Source: Candidatus Helarchaeota archaeon (GTDB lineage Archaea; Asgardarchaeota; Lokiarchaeia; Helarchaeales; RDOG01). Taken from it: 41,568 nucleotides of DNA. The DNA lies in assembly GCA_019058315.1 (NCBI GenBank), contig JAHPZH010000003.1, forward strand, positions 1 through 41,568. Direction: 5' to 3'. Both the position numbers and the translations under genes were made by a program. Below the pieces are notes generated by a model. It made no database searches, had not been told where the DNA came from, and saw only the letters and a program-made list of their open reading frames with translations. This document shows, piece by piece, positions 27,080-36,382 of this stretch (within the stretch, counting starts at the first letter, position 1; the number at the start of each line of letters is the position of its first letter).

Positions 27080-28984
27080 TTATATAATTATTTTTGAAGC
27101 CATTTCCTTTATTTCACTGAATTTTGTAATTTCACCAGTCCACTTTTCAAAATCATGTTTATAATTTCTTTCTATTTCTTGTAATAAATTCTTTAAATTA
27201 TTGCGGATTTGAGGATTTTCTTTGTTTACAAATAATACACCTATTAAATTATTAGAAAACTCAAAAATAATTTTAATATTGTCACGGTCAATAAGTGCCA
27301 AGTTTTCTTCACCAGTTAAAACTTCATCAAGAAAATTATCCATAGCAGTAATCAAACCAGCTATTAAATTTTCATCAAACGTAGGTAAATCTTTTAATAT
27401 TGTGCTAGTTTTTGAATATATGGGTAATCCTTGATGTTTATAAATAACCATAAAATAATAGGTTTTTAAAGGCTGAAATTTTTTCATTTTTTCATAGTTA
27501 TTTTTTGAAACTTTTTTAATTTCGTTTATTTCAGGTTTATTGATGAAAATCTCATAATGTTCTTTTATAATTTCTTGGATTTGTCTTCCAATTCTACGTT
27601 CCTCTTCTTTAATATTTTCAATCATTATTTTTTCTAATTCCCGTAAATATAAGGTATATAATTCATTGAATTTCTCAAATAGTTGATTACCAAGATGAAA
27701 ATTGGAAAGAAGTAGATAACTTAAACCTTTTATGTATAGATCTAAAAGTTTTTCAAAATCTTTCTCAATCATCAAAATTTTTATAGTTTTTAGATATTCA
27801 TGAGAATGATTAAGAAAAGCTAACCCTAGATTTTTAGTGATATCTCCTATATCTTGATTAAGAAAACTAAAAATGTTTGCAGCAAATGCAAAATACTTAG
27901 TTGCGCTGAAATAATCTCTTTCATTATAATTAATAGTCCCTAAGGCTAAATAATTTAATCCAGCATCAATATTTATCTGTTTATCTTTTTCAAAATAAGT
28001 TAAACTGTCATGATAATATTTTTTTGCTGAATTAAAATCCTGTTTTAAATGATATAACTCTGCGAGATGTCGAAAAAATATCCCTTTAAAGCCATTTGAT
28101 AAGAATTTTGATTCATAAATTAGCTTTTCAATTTGTGAAATATAAGAAAATGCATTATCAAATTTTTTTAATTGCTTAAAATTTAATATTATATTAAAAA
28201 TTGAAAAAATTTGAAGATTATCAATTTGTAATTCTTTAAACCGAGTTGCAGCTTTTGAAAAAGCATCATTTGATTCGTCAATGAAACTTAAATCCTTTAA
28301 AATTAAGGCAAAATTGAAAATTAAACTCGCTATATCATATTGATTAAGCTCTTTTTCGTTATAATTTTCTAATAAACTCATAAGATCATTGTAAATCTTG
28401 GAAAAATCAGGAGTAGATTGATTTAATTTACGTTTTTGATAATTAAGTAAAATTTTGTATTTATAAAATTGTAATAAATCTGAAATTTTCTCAGAATTAT
28501 GAAATTTATCAATTAATAGAAGTAAATCATCTATTTTTAGCCGTTTTTCTTCTGCAGTAATATAATTGCTTATCATTTCTGATTTTATTGGTCTTGAAAA
28601 ATCATAAGTTTCGATTCTAATAATAATTTCTTGAACTTTTTCTGACAATAATGATAAGTTTAAATTTGGATCTAGGAATTGATTGACTTTTAAAGAGATT
28701 TTTTTAATTTCCTCACTAGTATAGAATTTTCCTTCAATACGAATTAGTAAATATACTATTTTTTCGTCAATATAAAAAAATTTTATAATAGAATAGCCTA
28801 AGGCATCCTCAAATATCATAGTTCTTGGGTCTACGGTCTTCTCAAAAACAAATTTTGGAATTTTTTTAAATATGAGATTTTTAATTTTTAATTCATATTC
28901 TTCTTCTAATTTCTTATTAACCTCTAATATTTCCAGTTTTTCATTTGTTAAAATACCTTTAAGTAAAATAAATTTCTGTAACAA
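27080..28984 (-). CDS. TPR-repeat protein with C-terminal longin-like domain
   Basis: TPR-like helices (LAELY...AKKYYHDSL; LGTINY...ATKYFAFA); C-terminal GLPIYS...LIAGLITAMDNF...WTGEI. Confidence 0.8.
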   Translation of the reverse strand: MLQKFILLKGILTNEKLEILEVNKKLEEEYELKIKNLIFKKIPKFVFEKTVDPRTMIFEDALGYSIIKFFYIDEKIVYLLIRIEGKFYTSEEIKKISLKVNQFLDPNLNLSLLSEKVQEIIIRIETYDFSRPIKSEMISNYITAEEKRLKIDDLLLLIDKFHNSEKISDLLQFYKYKILLNYQKRKLNQSTPDFSKIYNDLMSLLENYNEKELNQYDIASLIFNFALILKDLSFIDESNDAFSKAATRFKELQIDNLQIFSIFNIILNFKQLKKFDNAFSYISQIEKLIYESKFLSNGFKGIFFRHLAELYHLKQDFNSAKKYYHDSLTYFEKDKQINIDAGLNYLALGTINYNERDYFSATKYFAFAANIFSFLNQDIGDITKNLGLAFLNHSHEYLKTIKILMIEKDFEKLLDLYIKGLSYLLLSNFHLGNQLFEKFNELYTLYLRELEKIMIENIKEEERRIGRQIQEIIKEHYEIFINKPEINEIKKVSKNNYEKMKKFQPLKTYYFMVIYKHQGLPIYSKTSTILKDLPTFDENLIAGLITAMDNFLDEVLTGEENLALIDRDNIKIIFEFSNNLIGVLFVNKENPQIRNNLKNLLQEIERNYKHDFEKWTGEITKFSEIKEMASKIII

Positions 28985-29019
28985 CTAAACAATCCCATAA
29001 TATCGAGTTATAGATTTTT

Positions 29020-30069
29020 TCAAGTCTTATTTTCTTCTTTTTTTTCTTCAGCATATAATATTTCACCCATTCTATAAAAAGCTTCATCAATATTTTCTCC
29101 AGTTAATGCTGAAGTTTCTATATATTCTAAATTCAATTCTTTTGCGAGCTTTTGAATCTGATTTTGGTCGATCTTTCTAATTTCAACCAAATCGTTCTTA
29201 TTGGCTAATAGGATTGCTCGTGGATCAATTTTTAAATTCTTTCTTATGTCATTATACCAATTGGGAATATTTTCGAAGGATTTTGGTGAAGTTAAATCAA
29301 ATACTAAAAATTGTATTTCTGCTCCAGTGTAAAAATGCTTTCGCATTATTGAGAATTTACTTTGTCCTGCAATATCCCAAATTACAAATTCTATCTTAGC
29401 ATCTTTATATTGAATTATTTTTTCGCTTATGTTTACTCCGATTGTAGGAATGTAAGTTCTTCTAAATGCACTATCCGTAAACCTTAGAATAATTGAGGTT
29501 TTTCCTACAGATGGATCTCCAACAACTATAACCTTATACCTAAGTAATTTGGTTTCTTCCTTATCTTGAATTTCACGAAATGCAACCTGATCCTTAACTT
29601 TAATTTCGGCATTTTGTAAATCTGTCAGAATACCAATTAATTTTTCTTGAAATGTCTTTAATAATTCATTAAATGATCTTTTATCTGCTTTATTTTCTTC
29701 CATATTAATGATTTTTTTTGCATATTCCTCAAAAATCTCTTCAAAATTTGTTATATATTTATAAAATATTAAATCATTAGTTTCATCAAATAAAACAGTC
29801 AAAGAAGCATCAAAAACTCCTCCACGATAAGATTTTTCCTTTATTTCTAAAACTTTTACTATTCCTTTGAAACCTTTTGAGGAAAATGGAATAAAAGCTA
29901 ACGTTTGGGGTAATATCCCTTTTTCTCCGCTTAAGATATTGATGGATTTTAGACTTACTATATTTCTAACTTCGATATCAAGGTCTGAAGGAAGCCAAGA
30001 AAACGCTTCTGGTCCTATTTTTTCATCAAAGCGCGAATATATAATTCCAGCTATTAAACTTTTTTCCAT
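29020..30069 (-). CDS. Fusion of uDENN/longin-like N-terminal domain and Rab-like small GTPase
   Basis: IIYSRFDEKIGP motif; GDPSVGKT, YIPTIGV, WDIAGQ, NKND, ETSAL; no C-terminal prenylation Cys. Confidence 0.85.
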   Translation of the reverse strand: MEKSLIAGIIYSRFDEKIGPEAFSWLPSDLDIEVRNIVSLKSINILSGEKGILPQTLAFIPFSSKGFKGIVKVLEIKEKSYRGGVFDASLTVLFDETNDLIFYKYITNFEEIFEEYAKKIINMEENKADKRSFNELLKTFQEKLIGILTDLQNAEIKVKDQVAFREIQDKEETKLLRYKVIVVGDPSVGKTSIILRFTDSAFRRTYIPTIGVNISEKIIQYKDAKIEFVIWDIAGQSKFSIMRKHFYTGAEIQFLVFDLTSPKSFENIPNWYNDIRKNLKIDPRAILLANKNDLVEIRKIDQNQIQKLAKELNLEYIETSALTGENIDEAFYRMGEILYAEEKKEENKT

Positions 30070-30217
30070 TTTTTATCGTCAATAATTATTTTTGTCAGAA
30101 TTCTTATTTGATTTTAAAATTCAAATAGGTTTATATATTACATTCTTAATAAAATAACATAAAATTTTATATTCAAATATTATAATATTATTAAAAAGTA
30201 ATATTTTTAGAATTATT

Positions 30218-30234
30218 TGATTAATAATTAATCA
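30218..30234. promoter_or_regulatory. Candidate operator palindrome upstream of the ArsR gene
   Basis: TGATTAAT-A-ATTAATCA, perfect 8-1-8, about 20 nt before ATG 30254. Confidence 0.35.
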
Positions 30235-30253
30235 GTTTATTTGTCGATTTATC

Positions 30254-30589
30254 ATGCAGGAAATAGATAATAAAATTGTACGTTTCCTTAAAGTAATAGC
30301 AGATGTAACACGGTTACAAATATTGAATTTTTTAAAAGATGATGAAAAAACAGCTAGTGAAATACAAGATGCCATTAAAAAAAGTCAATCGACCGTTTCT
30401 CAACAGATTAAAATTTTAATAAGTGCGGATCTCGTTTCATATAGAAGAGATGGTGCAAAAAAATATTATAAAATCAAAAATTCTAAAATTTTTGATGTTA
30501 TTACATTAATTAAATCCTATATATCTAATCAGGATAGAGAAACAATTGATAAAATAACATCGATGGACATTTTAGACACTTTACATTAA
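30254..30589 (+). CDS. ArsR/SmtB family transcriptional regulator
   Basis: ADVTRLQIL, SQSTVSQQIKIL, LVSYRRDG..KYY. Confidence 0.9.
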   Translation: MQEIDNKIVRFLKVIADVTRLQILNFLKDDEKTASEIQDAIKKSQSTVSQQIKILISADLVSYRRDGAKKYYKIKNSKIFDVITLIKSYISNQDRETIDKITSMDILDTLH

Positions 30590-30635
30590 AAAAAACTTGA
30601 AATTGAAAAACATTTTGGTAAAGAGATAAATTTAA

Positions 30636-31181
30636 ATGAAAGAGAAAAATTCCAGACAAAAAATAGCTAAAATTCTAATACTGGGATTAGAAAATAGTGG
30701 CAAAACTTCGATTTTGTTAAGTTTAACAAGAGATATAAATTTATTGTCATATTGTTCTTTAAAACCTACAGTAGGTATAAACAGAGTTAATTTTGAGGAT
30801 TCTGATAAAGAATTTAGTATTTGGGATTTTGGGGGTCAGGAACAATTTAGAAAAGACTATTTAAGAGATATGGAAAAACATTTAACGGGTATCAATAAAT
30901 TAATATATGTAATAGATGTTCAAGATAAGAAAAAATATGATTTGACATTGGATTATTTTGAAAATATTGTTGGTTTCCTTAAAAATGTTAAGATTCCTTT
31001 TGAACTTCTAATTTTTTTGCATAAATTCGATCCAGGATTAGAAAAACTTGATCAATATTCAGATGAAAATATAAATTCAAATTTAATTAACAAATTAAAA
31101 AAAATTGTTCCATCTAATTTCAATTCTAAAATTTTTAAAACAAGTATTTACACAGTTTTTCAAAAAGTTCTTATAAAATAA
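30636..31181 (+). CDS. Arf/Rag-like small GTPase
   Basis: GLENSGKTS, KPTVG, WDFGGQ, LHKFD, KTSIY. Confidence 0.9.
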   Translation: MKEKNSRQKIAKILILGLENSGKTSILLSLTRDINLLSYCSLKPTVGINRVNFEDSDKEFSIWDFGGQEQFRKDYLRDMEKHLTGINKLIYVIDVQDKKKYDLTLDYFENIVGFLKNVKIPFELLIFLHKFDPGLEKLDQYSDENINSNLINKLKKIVPSNFNSKIFKTSIYTVFQKVLIK

Positions 31182-31194
31182 TCATAAAAGGAGT

Positions 31195-31650
31195 TTATAG
31201 TTTAGATAAGACTGATTTACTAACTTTTTTGTCAATTTTTACGCCAAGGAAGTTTTCACTATCCTCTTTGATGTTAATTACCTGATTTACATCTTTAAAA
31301 ACTTCCATATTCCCGTTAAAATGTTCAATTTCTTCTTTATAATGTTCTAAAAAATTAGCTTTTAGTTTCTTTAGATATTTTTCTATTTTCTTAAAATTAA
31401 TGTTTGGATTAGAACGACTAACGAAGAACAATCCCGTTTCCTCACAACTTAAAATACAAATTTGTGAATTACTTAATAATATTCTTTTACACTCTTCGCC
31501 ACTTAATTCTTTGATAAAGTTATTTATTGTGGCTATAAAACCCGCAATTAAAACTTTATCTATTTCTTCTTCTACTCTTTGGTCGTAGAGAGGTATGCCA
31601 CCTTCAGTTATAATCCAAATTTCCCTTACAATGCTCATTTTATTTACCAA
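31195..31650 (-). CDS. Stand-alone longin-like domain protein
   Basis: IWIITEGGIPLY...LIAGFIATINNF...FNGNM, same pattern as the C-terminus of 27080-28984. Confidence 0.8.
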   Translation of the reverse strand: MVNKMSIVREIWIITEGGIPLYDQRVEEEIDKVLIAGFIATINNFIKELSGEECKRILLSNSQICILSCEETGLFFVSRSNPNINFKKIEKYLKKLKANFLEHYKEEIEHFNGNMEVFKDVNQVINIKEDSENFLGVKIDKKVSKSVLSKL

Positions 31651-31651
31651 C

Positions 31652-32011
31652 TTATTCTTCTTTAGTTTCTGCAGCTTCTAATAGAATTTTATAAGTTCTA
31701 TAACTCAAACGTACTACTAACAGAACAAAAAAAGCTCCAAATGCATAAACGAATGCTTGCATTACAATTAAAATCTCTGTAAGACCTAAAATAACGCTAA
31801 TTATGTTTACTAAATATCCAATTAGAAAGAATATGATTAATATGTTGATAATTTTCCAATCCTTTCTCATCTTTGCCTTTGGAAATAAGTCTAAAATCTT
31901 AAATACTATTAAATTACAATAGATAAACAAACATATGCCAATAATAGCACATATTATGTTCAAATATCCAAATATATCTATTGTTGATCCATTAAAAATG
32001 TCTGTTACCAT
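31652..32011 (-). CDS. Three-helix membrane protein
   Basis: Three hydrophobic segments; abuts the longin gene. Confidence 0.8.
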   Translation of the reverse strand: MVTDIFNGSTIDIFGYLNIICAIIGICLFIYCNLIVFKILDLFPKAKMRKDWKIINILIIFFLIGYLVNIISVILGLTEILIVMQAFVYAFGAFFVLLVVRLSYRTYKILLEAAETKEE

Positions 32012-32170
32012 CCTATTTCGTCCTCTTTTTTATTATTTGTTTTTATTATATCAATTACTATTTTTGATATAAGAAAAGAGTTATTTAAAGTACTTGTAAG
32101 ATTATAATCATGTTATAAAGTGATAAACCTAATATATAATAGAATTTAAGTTTAATATCTTTAGGCAAGA

Positions 32171-32455
32171 TTATTGAATATTAAAAATCTTTTTAACTTT
32201 CCTTTCATTTAGATGGTTACTGTCAAAAAGTTCTTCATGCATCCATTTATCATTGATTTTTACTATTGGAGTCTTTACTATACAAAGATTTTTATCACAA
32301 AAATTTTTAATTATATACTCATCAGTCATTAGCTCTCGGATAGCAGATTTGTCCTCTATCCCTGTTTCAATGAAGGATATTTTATATTTATTTAAAAATG
32401 TTAGAAATTCTCTACACTTTTGACATCCTTTTCTAGTGAAAACTCTAACTCTCAT
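32171..32455 (-). CDS. Glutaredoxin-like protein
   Basis: FTRKGCQKC, KTP cis-Pro, extra FCDKNLC. Confidence 0.85.
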   Translation of the reverse strand: MRVRVFTRKGCQKCREFLTFLNKYKISFIETGIEDKSAIRELMTDEYIIKNFCDKNLCIVKTPIVKINDKWMHEELFDSNHLNERKVKKIFNIQ

Positions 32456-32488
32456 TAATAGCCCAGTTTATTAAATAATAATCGATTT

Positions 32489-32785
32489 TTATTCAATTTT
32501 AAAAATTTTTTTGGCTTTTTCTTTATTTAATCCACCAATGTCGAAAACTTCTTTATGCAAAAATTCACCATCAATACTAATAACAGGAGTTGTGACCAAA
32601 CACTGTTTATCATCACAAAAATTCTTAAGAATGTAATCATAAGTTAATAATTCTCCTATAACCAGTTCATCTTCAATTTTCTTTTCTAGATAAAAAACCT
32701 TATGTTTATCTAGAAATGAGAGTAATGCTTGACATTTGGGGCATTTTTCCTTTGTATAAATTATAATATCCATTATTAACACCAA
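32489..32785 (-). CDS. Glutaredoxin-like protein (tandem paralogue)
   Basis: YTKEKCPKC, TTP, extra FCDDKQC; probable start at the internal Met (MDIII). Confidence 0.85.
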   Translation of the reverse strand: MVLIMDIIIYTKEKCPKCQALLSFLDKHKVFYLEKKIEDELVIGELLTYDYILKNFCDDKQCLVTTPVISIDGEFLHKEVFDIGGLNKEKAKKIFKIE

Positions 32786-32943
32786 AATTTAAAAGAATTT
32801 ATTTTTTTATCATGGTTTATATTCGATTTACTCAAAATATTATTTAAATTTTTTAGATTAGCCTTTAGTGTATATTTTATACCATATCTAATTAAAAAAT
32901 ATGTTAAATATGAATTTAATATTTATTAATTGGTGAAAGAAAA

Positions 32944-33963
32944 TTGGACCCACAATCAAAAGATTTGCCAGAAATCGATTTTAAGAAATATAAGAACGTA
33001 GAGGATCGAGAAATATGTCCTACAAAAGAAGTTGACAAGGAGCATTTTATAGAACCTGATTTGGCTTGGTTTTTACATCTATTTCAATTCTTATTTAAAC
33101 CTAACCAAAAGAATTTTGTTGAAATTTTTAACTGTGTTCACTGTAACTCTTGCGACACATCAAATAGTAGATATTATTTAAAAAGAAAACTACATAATTC
33201 GGGGTTTAAATCAAATTACACCGAAATTATGATAGAATCGTTTAAACAATTTGATACACCATTTAATCAATCAGAATATAGATTAAAAATTCCAGAGATA
33301 ATTCCAAAAAAAAGCGAAAATTTGCTATTTATGGGATGTCTAAGTTCAATAAAGGTTCCAAAATTTACTTTGAATGCAATAAATTATATGTTAAGTAAAA
33401 AACATCATTTCACGATCTTAGAAAAAGAAGTATGTTGTGGAATTCCTCTCTTTGATAGTGGAGAAAGCGAGATTTTAAATGAATTAATGAAGAAAAATGT
33501 AGATATCTTTAATTCTGGCAATTATAAAAAGGTTATTTGTGTTTGTCCTGCTTGTTATGATGTATTTAATACACAATATGATGGAATTAAAGCAGAAGTT
33601 GTTTTTATTTCTGATTATTTGGAACCTTTGAAAAATAAGAGAAATGAGACATTAAATATCCAGCATCTATGTCAATTAGAAAATCGCGGAAGAAAAGATG
33701 TTAGAGTGCATGTCGATAGGGTCCTAAAAGATAGCGGTTTTAAAATTATGGAAAATGAGAAGCATTGGTGCTGCGGAGGTGGAATGGGAATGATGCATAT
33801 TGTGGATACGATAGAACAGATTACAAGAATTAGAGTTAATGATTTTCATGGAGATATATTAACAACCTATTGTCCAAGTTGTTATCATGTTTTAAAATTA
33901 TTTTCACGAAGAGAAAGAATAAAACCAAAATTAATTGATACATTCAAACTTTTAACAGAATAA
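32944..33963 (+). CDS. CCG-domain Fe-S oxidoreductase (HdrB/HdrD/GlpC-like)
   Basis: CVHCNSC, FMGC, VCCG, CPAC, HLC, WCCGGG, CPSC. Confidence 0.9.
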   Translation: MDPQSKDLPEIDFKKYKNVEDREICPTKEVDKEHFIEPDLAWFLHLFQFLFKPNQKNFVEIFNCVHCNSCDTSNSRYYLKRKLHNSGFKSNYTEIMIESFKQFDTPFNQSEYRLKIPEIIPKKSENLLFMGCLSSIKVPKFTLNAINYMLSKKHHFTILEKEVCCGIPLFDSGESEILNELMKKNVDIFNSGNYKKVICVCPACYDVFNTQYDGIKAEVVFISDYLEPLKNKRNETLNIQHLCQLENRGRKDVRVHVDRVLKDSGFKIMENEKHWCCGGGMGMMHIVDTIEQITRIRVNDFHGDILTTYCPSCYHVLKLFSRRERIKPKLIDTFKLLTE

Positions 33964-33974
33964 AGATATTCTAT

Positions 33975-34328
33975 TTATGAATAAATCATGTTAATTCTTT
34001 GTTGATATTTTCTTCTATTAGTTTTAGCCCTTTTAAGTGCCTCTTCATCAAGATTTTTTTCAATTTCATTAAATACTTCTGATTCCTTTTTAGGTTCTCC
34101 TTGAAATTTAAGTTCACCATTCATAAAAATAGTTGGTGTACCAGTTATATTATTTAATTGTGCCAGCATTTGTCCATTATTTGTAGTAATATTGATATCT
34201 ATGATTTCTATATCTTCTTTATAAATTTTCTTAGCATTTCTAAGCATTCTCGAGGCAACTGGGCAATGCGGACAAGTAGGAGATTCGAAAAATTCGATTT
34301 TTACTTTTTTAGATTCTTTTTCAGACAT
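33975..34328 (-). CDS. Thioredoxin family protein
   Basis: SPTCPHC, GTPTI. Confidence 0.9.
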   Translation of the reverse strand: MSEKESKKVKIEFFESPTCPHCPVASRMLRNAKKIYKEDIEIIDINITTNNGQMLAQLNNITGTPTIFMNGELKFQGEPKKESEVFNEIEKNLDEEALKRAKTNRRKYQQRINMIYS

Positions 34329-34403
34329 TTCAATCTACAATAATATTCCTTTACGCTATTAATAACGTATATCTATTTTAAATAAATTAAAAAAAAAAGG
34401 ATT

Positions 34404-34520
34404 TTAAATTTGCTCAAATGCATCACGAGGAGCTCCACATTCTGGGCACTCTTCGGGAGGACAGTCAGGTAATTCACCTTCGCATTCCCATCCACAAACA
34501 GTGCATCTCCATTTAGCCAT
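34404..34520 (-). CDS. Rubredoxin-like peptide (38 aa, acidic, six Cys)
   Basis: Hand translation MAKWRCTVCGWECEGELPDCPPEECPECGAPRDAFEQI; GGAGGT SD; missing from ORF track. Confidence 0.9.
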   Translation of the reverse strand: MAKWRCTVCGWECEGELPDCPPEECPECGAPRDAFEQI

Positions 34521-34853
34521 TATATAACCTCCAATATTTGATTTTTAATATTAGATTATTTTTATAATGTTTTTTTATTTTTTAATACCTTCGTTATTTT
34601 ATTAATAAAAGATTTTAAATCATAAAAAGCTTTATTTTATCTTAATCTCTCATAACTAGGATGCAATTTTATAAATATAGATGAGTTTATAGCTATATAC
34701 GATTTTTTTACAGGTAATTTTTTCTAAAAATTAATTATTGCTTATATTTTTTAAGATTTATAAGAAATTAGATAATTTATAATTCTATATCTTAATATAT
34801 GTAATATTTAAAGTAAATTACATAACAAAAAATTAAACTAAGGAGGAATTTTT

Positions 34854-35144
34854 ATGTCTAGTAGAGGAACTGGTATAGTCTTCTCATGGATTGGAGTTGC
34901 TGCTTTGGCTGCTGGGTTAGTTTTTATAATTTCCAGAGGGAATCAAATTCGAAACGTAGTAGAAACTACTAAAATAATTTATTTTATATTAGCGGGACTG
35001 GATGACTACATAATTCTTAGTATGATGCTTGCACCCATTTCTAATTTTAATGCAAATTATTATGTTGTATATCCAATCGCTGCTGCGCTAGTGTTTTCCT
35101 TCATTGCAGCAATACTCCATTCTGTAAGTAGTGAAAGCATCTAA
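34854..35144 (+). CDS. Small membrane protein
   Basis: Hydrophobic segments; AAGGAGG SD. Confidence 0.75.
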   Translation: MSSRGTGIVFSWIGVAALAAGLVFIISRGNQIRNVVETTKIIYFILAGLDDYIILSMMLAPISNFNANYYVVYPIAAALVFSFIAAILHSVSSESI

Positions 35145-35206
35145 TAACAATTCTTTTTTTTTATTTTAATGAATATTTAATTAAAATTAGTGGTATTGTA
35201 TTCTAT

Positions 35207-36382
35207 TTATCTATCTGGTTTGTAAATTCCATTTAATGCATTATTTCCTATAATTATTTCTTGAATTTGAGAAGTTCCTTCATAAATTTCAAGAACTTTA
35301 GCATCTCTATATAATTTTTCAACAGGGTTGTTACTTAAAAATCCACGACCGCCCCAAATCTGAATAGCTTCTCTAGTCGCATCAGATGCAACTTTACTAC
35401 CTAATAATTTTGCACAACTTGACAACGTTCCATTAGGTTTGCCTTTATCTATTGCTACAGATGCTTTATAAGTTAATAGTTTCGCAGCCTCAATTCCTAC
35501 TACCATTTCTGCAATTAGTTTCTGAATTAATTGAAAATTCTTTATCGGAGTTGTAAATGCTTTTCTTTCATTTGCATATTTTATGCTATATTTTAGGGCA
35601 GCACGAGCAAGTCCAATTCCAAATGCTCCAATTGCGGGGCGAGATGCGTTAAAAGTATCCATAGCTATCTGGAATCCTTCACCTTCACTACCTAGCATGT
35701 TTTCAATAGGGACTTCAACATTCTTGAAATTAATAGCACATGTTGGTGAGACCCTTAAACCCAATTTTTTCATTTTCGGTGGAACTTTCACTCCTTCCCA
35801 ATCCTTTTCAACAATAAACGCAGTTAAATGCTTTTTTTTCCATCTATCTTCTCCTGTTTTTGTAAAGACAACAAAATAATCTGAAACACTAGCATTAGTT
35901 ATCCAAAATTTTGATCCATTAATAATGTATTTATCACCTTTTTTTTCTGCTTTACATTGAATTCCTGCAGCATCCGAACCTGCAACATACTCGCTGAGGG
36001 CGAATGATACGAATTTAAGCTTTTCAGTTAAGGGTCGTAAATATTTCTCTTTTTGCTCTTTATTTCCAGCTAGTATTATTGGCTCAAATCCTAAAGAATT
36101 AACATTCATAGAAGTAGCTAAGCCCACACAACCTACAGCAACTTCCTCGATAACAATAACTTCATCTAAAAGCCCAAGACCTTTTCCACCATATTCTTTG
36201 GGAAGTCTAACATTCATTATACCCAGATCAAATGCTTTTTTCATTATTTCCCATGGAAATTCTTCTTTTCTGTCATATTCCGCAATTTTTGGAATAACTT
36301 CTTCATCTACAAAGTTTTTAACTTTTTCCTTTAATTTTAATTGCTCTTCTGTAAATTCAAAATCCATTATATTAACTCCCAT
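35207..36382 (-). CDS. Acyl-CoA dehydrogenase
   Basis: FALSE..AGSD, INGSKFWITN, RKAF, YRDAKVLEIYEGTSQIQ. Confidence 0.95.
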   Translation of the reverse strand: MGVNIMDFEFTEEQLKLKEKVKNFVDEEVIPKIAEYDRKEEFPWEIMKKAFDLGIMNVRLPKEYGGKGLGLLDEVIVIEEVAVGCVGLATSMNVNSLGFEPIILAGNKEQKEKYLRPLTEKLKFVSFALSEYVAGSDAAGIQCKAEKKGDKYIINGSKFWITNASVSDYFVVFTKTGEDRWKKKHLTAFIVEKDWEGVKVPPKMKKLGLRVSPTCAINFKNVEVPIENMLGSEGEGFQIAMDTFNASRPAIGAFGIGLARAALKYSIKYANERKAFTTPIKNFQLIQKLIAEMVVGIEAAKLLTYKASVAIDKGKPNGTLSSCAKLLGSKVASDATREAIQIWGGRGFLSNNPVEKLYRDAKVLEIYEGTSQIQEIIIGNNALNGIYKPDR

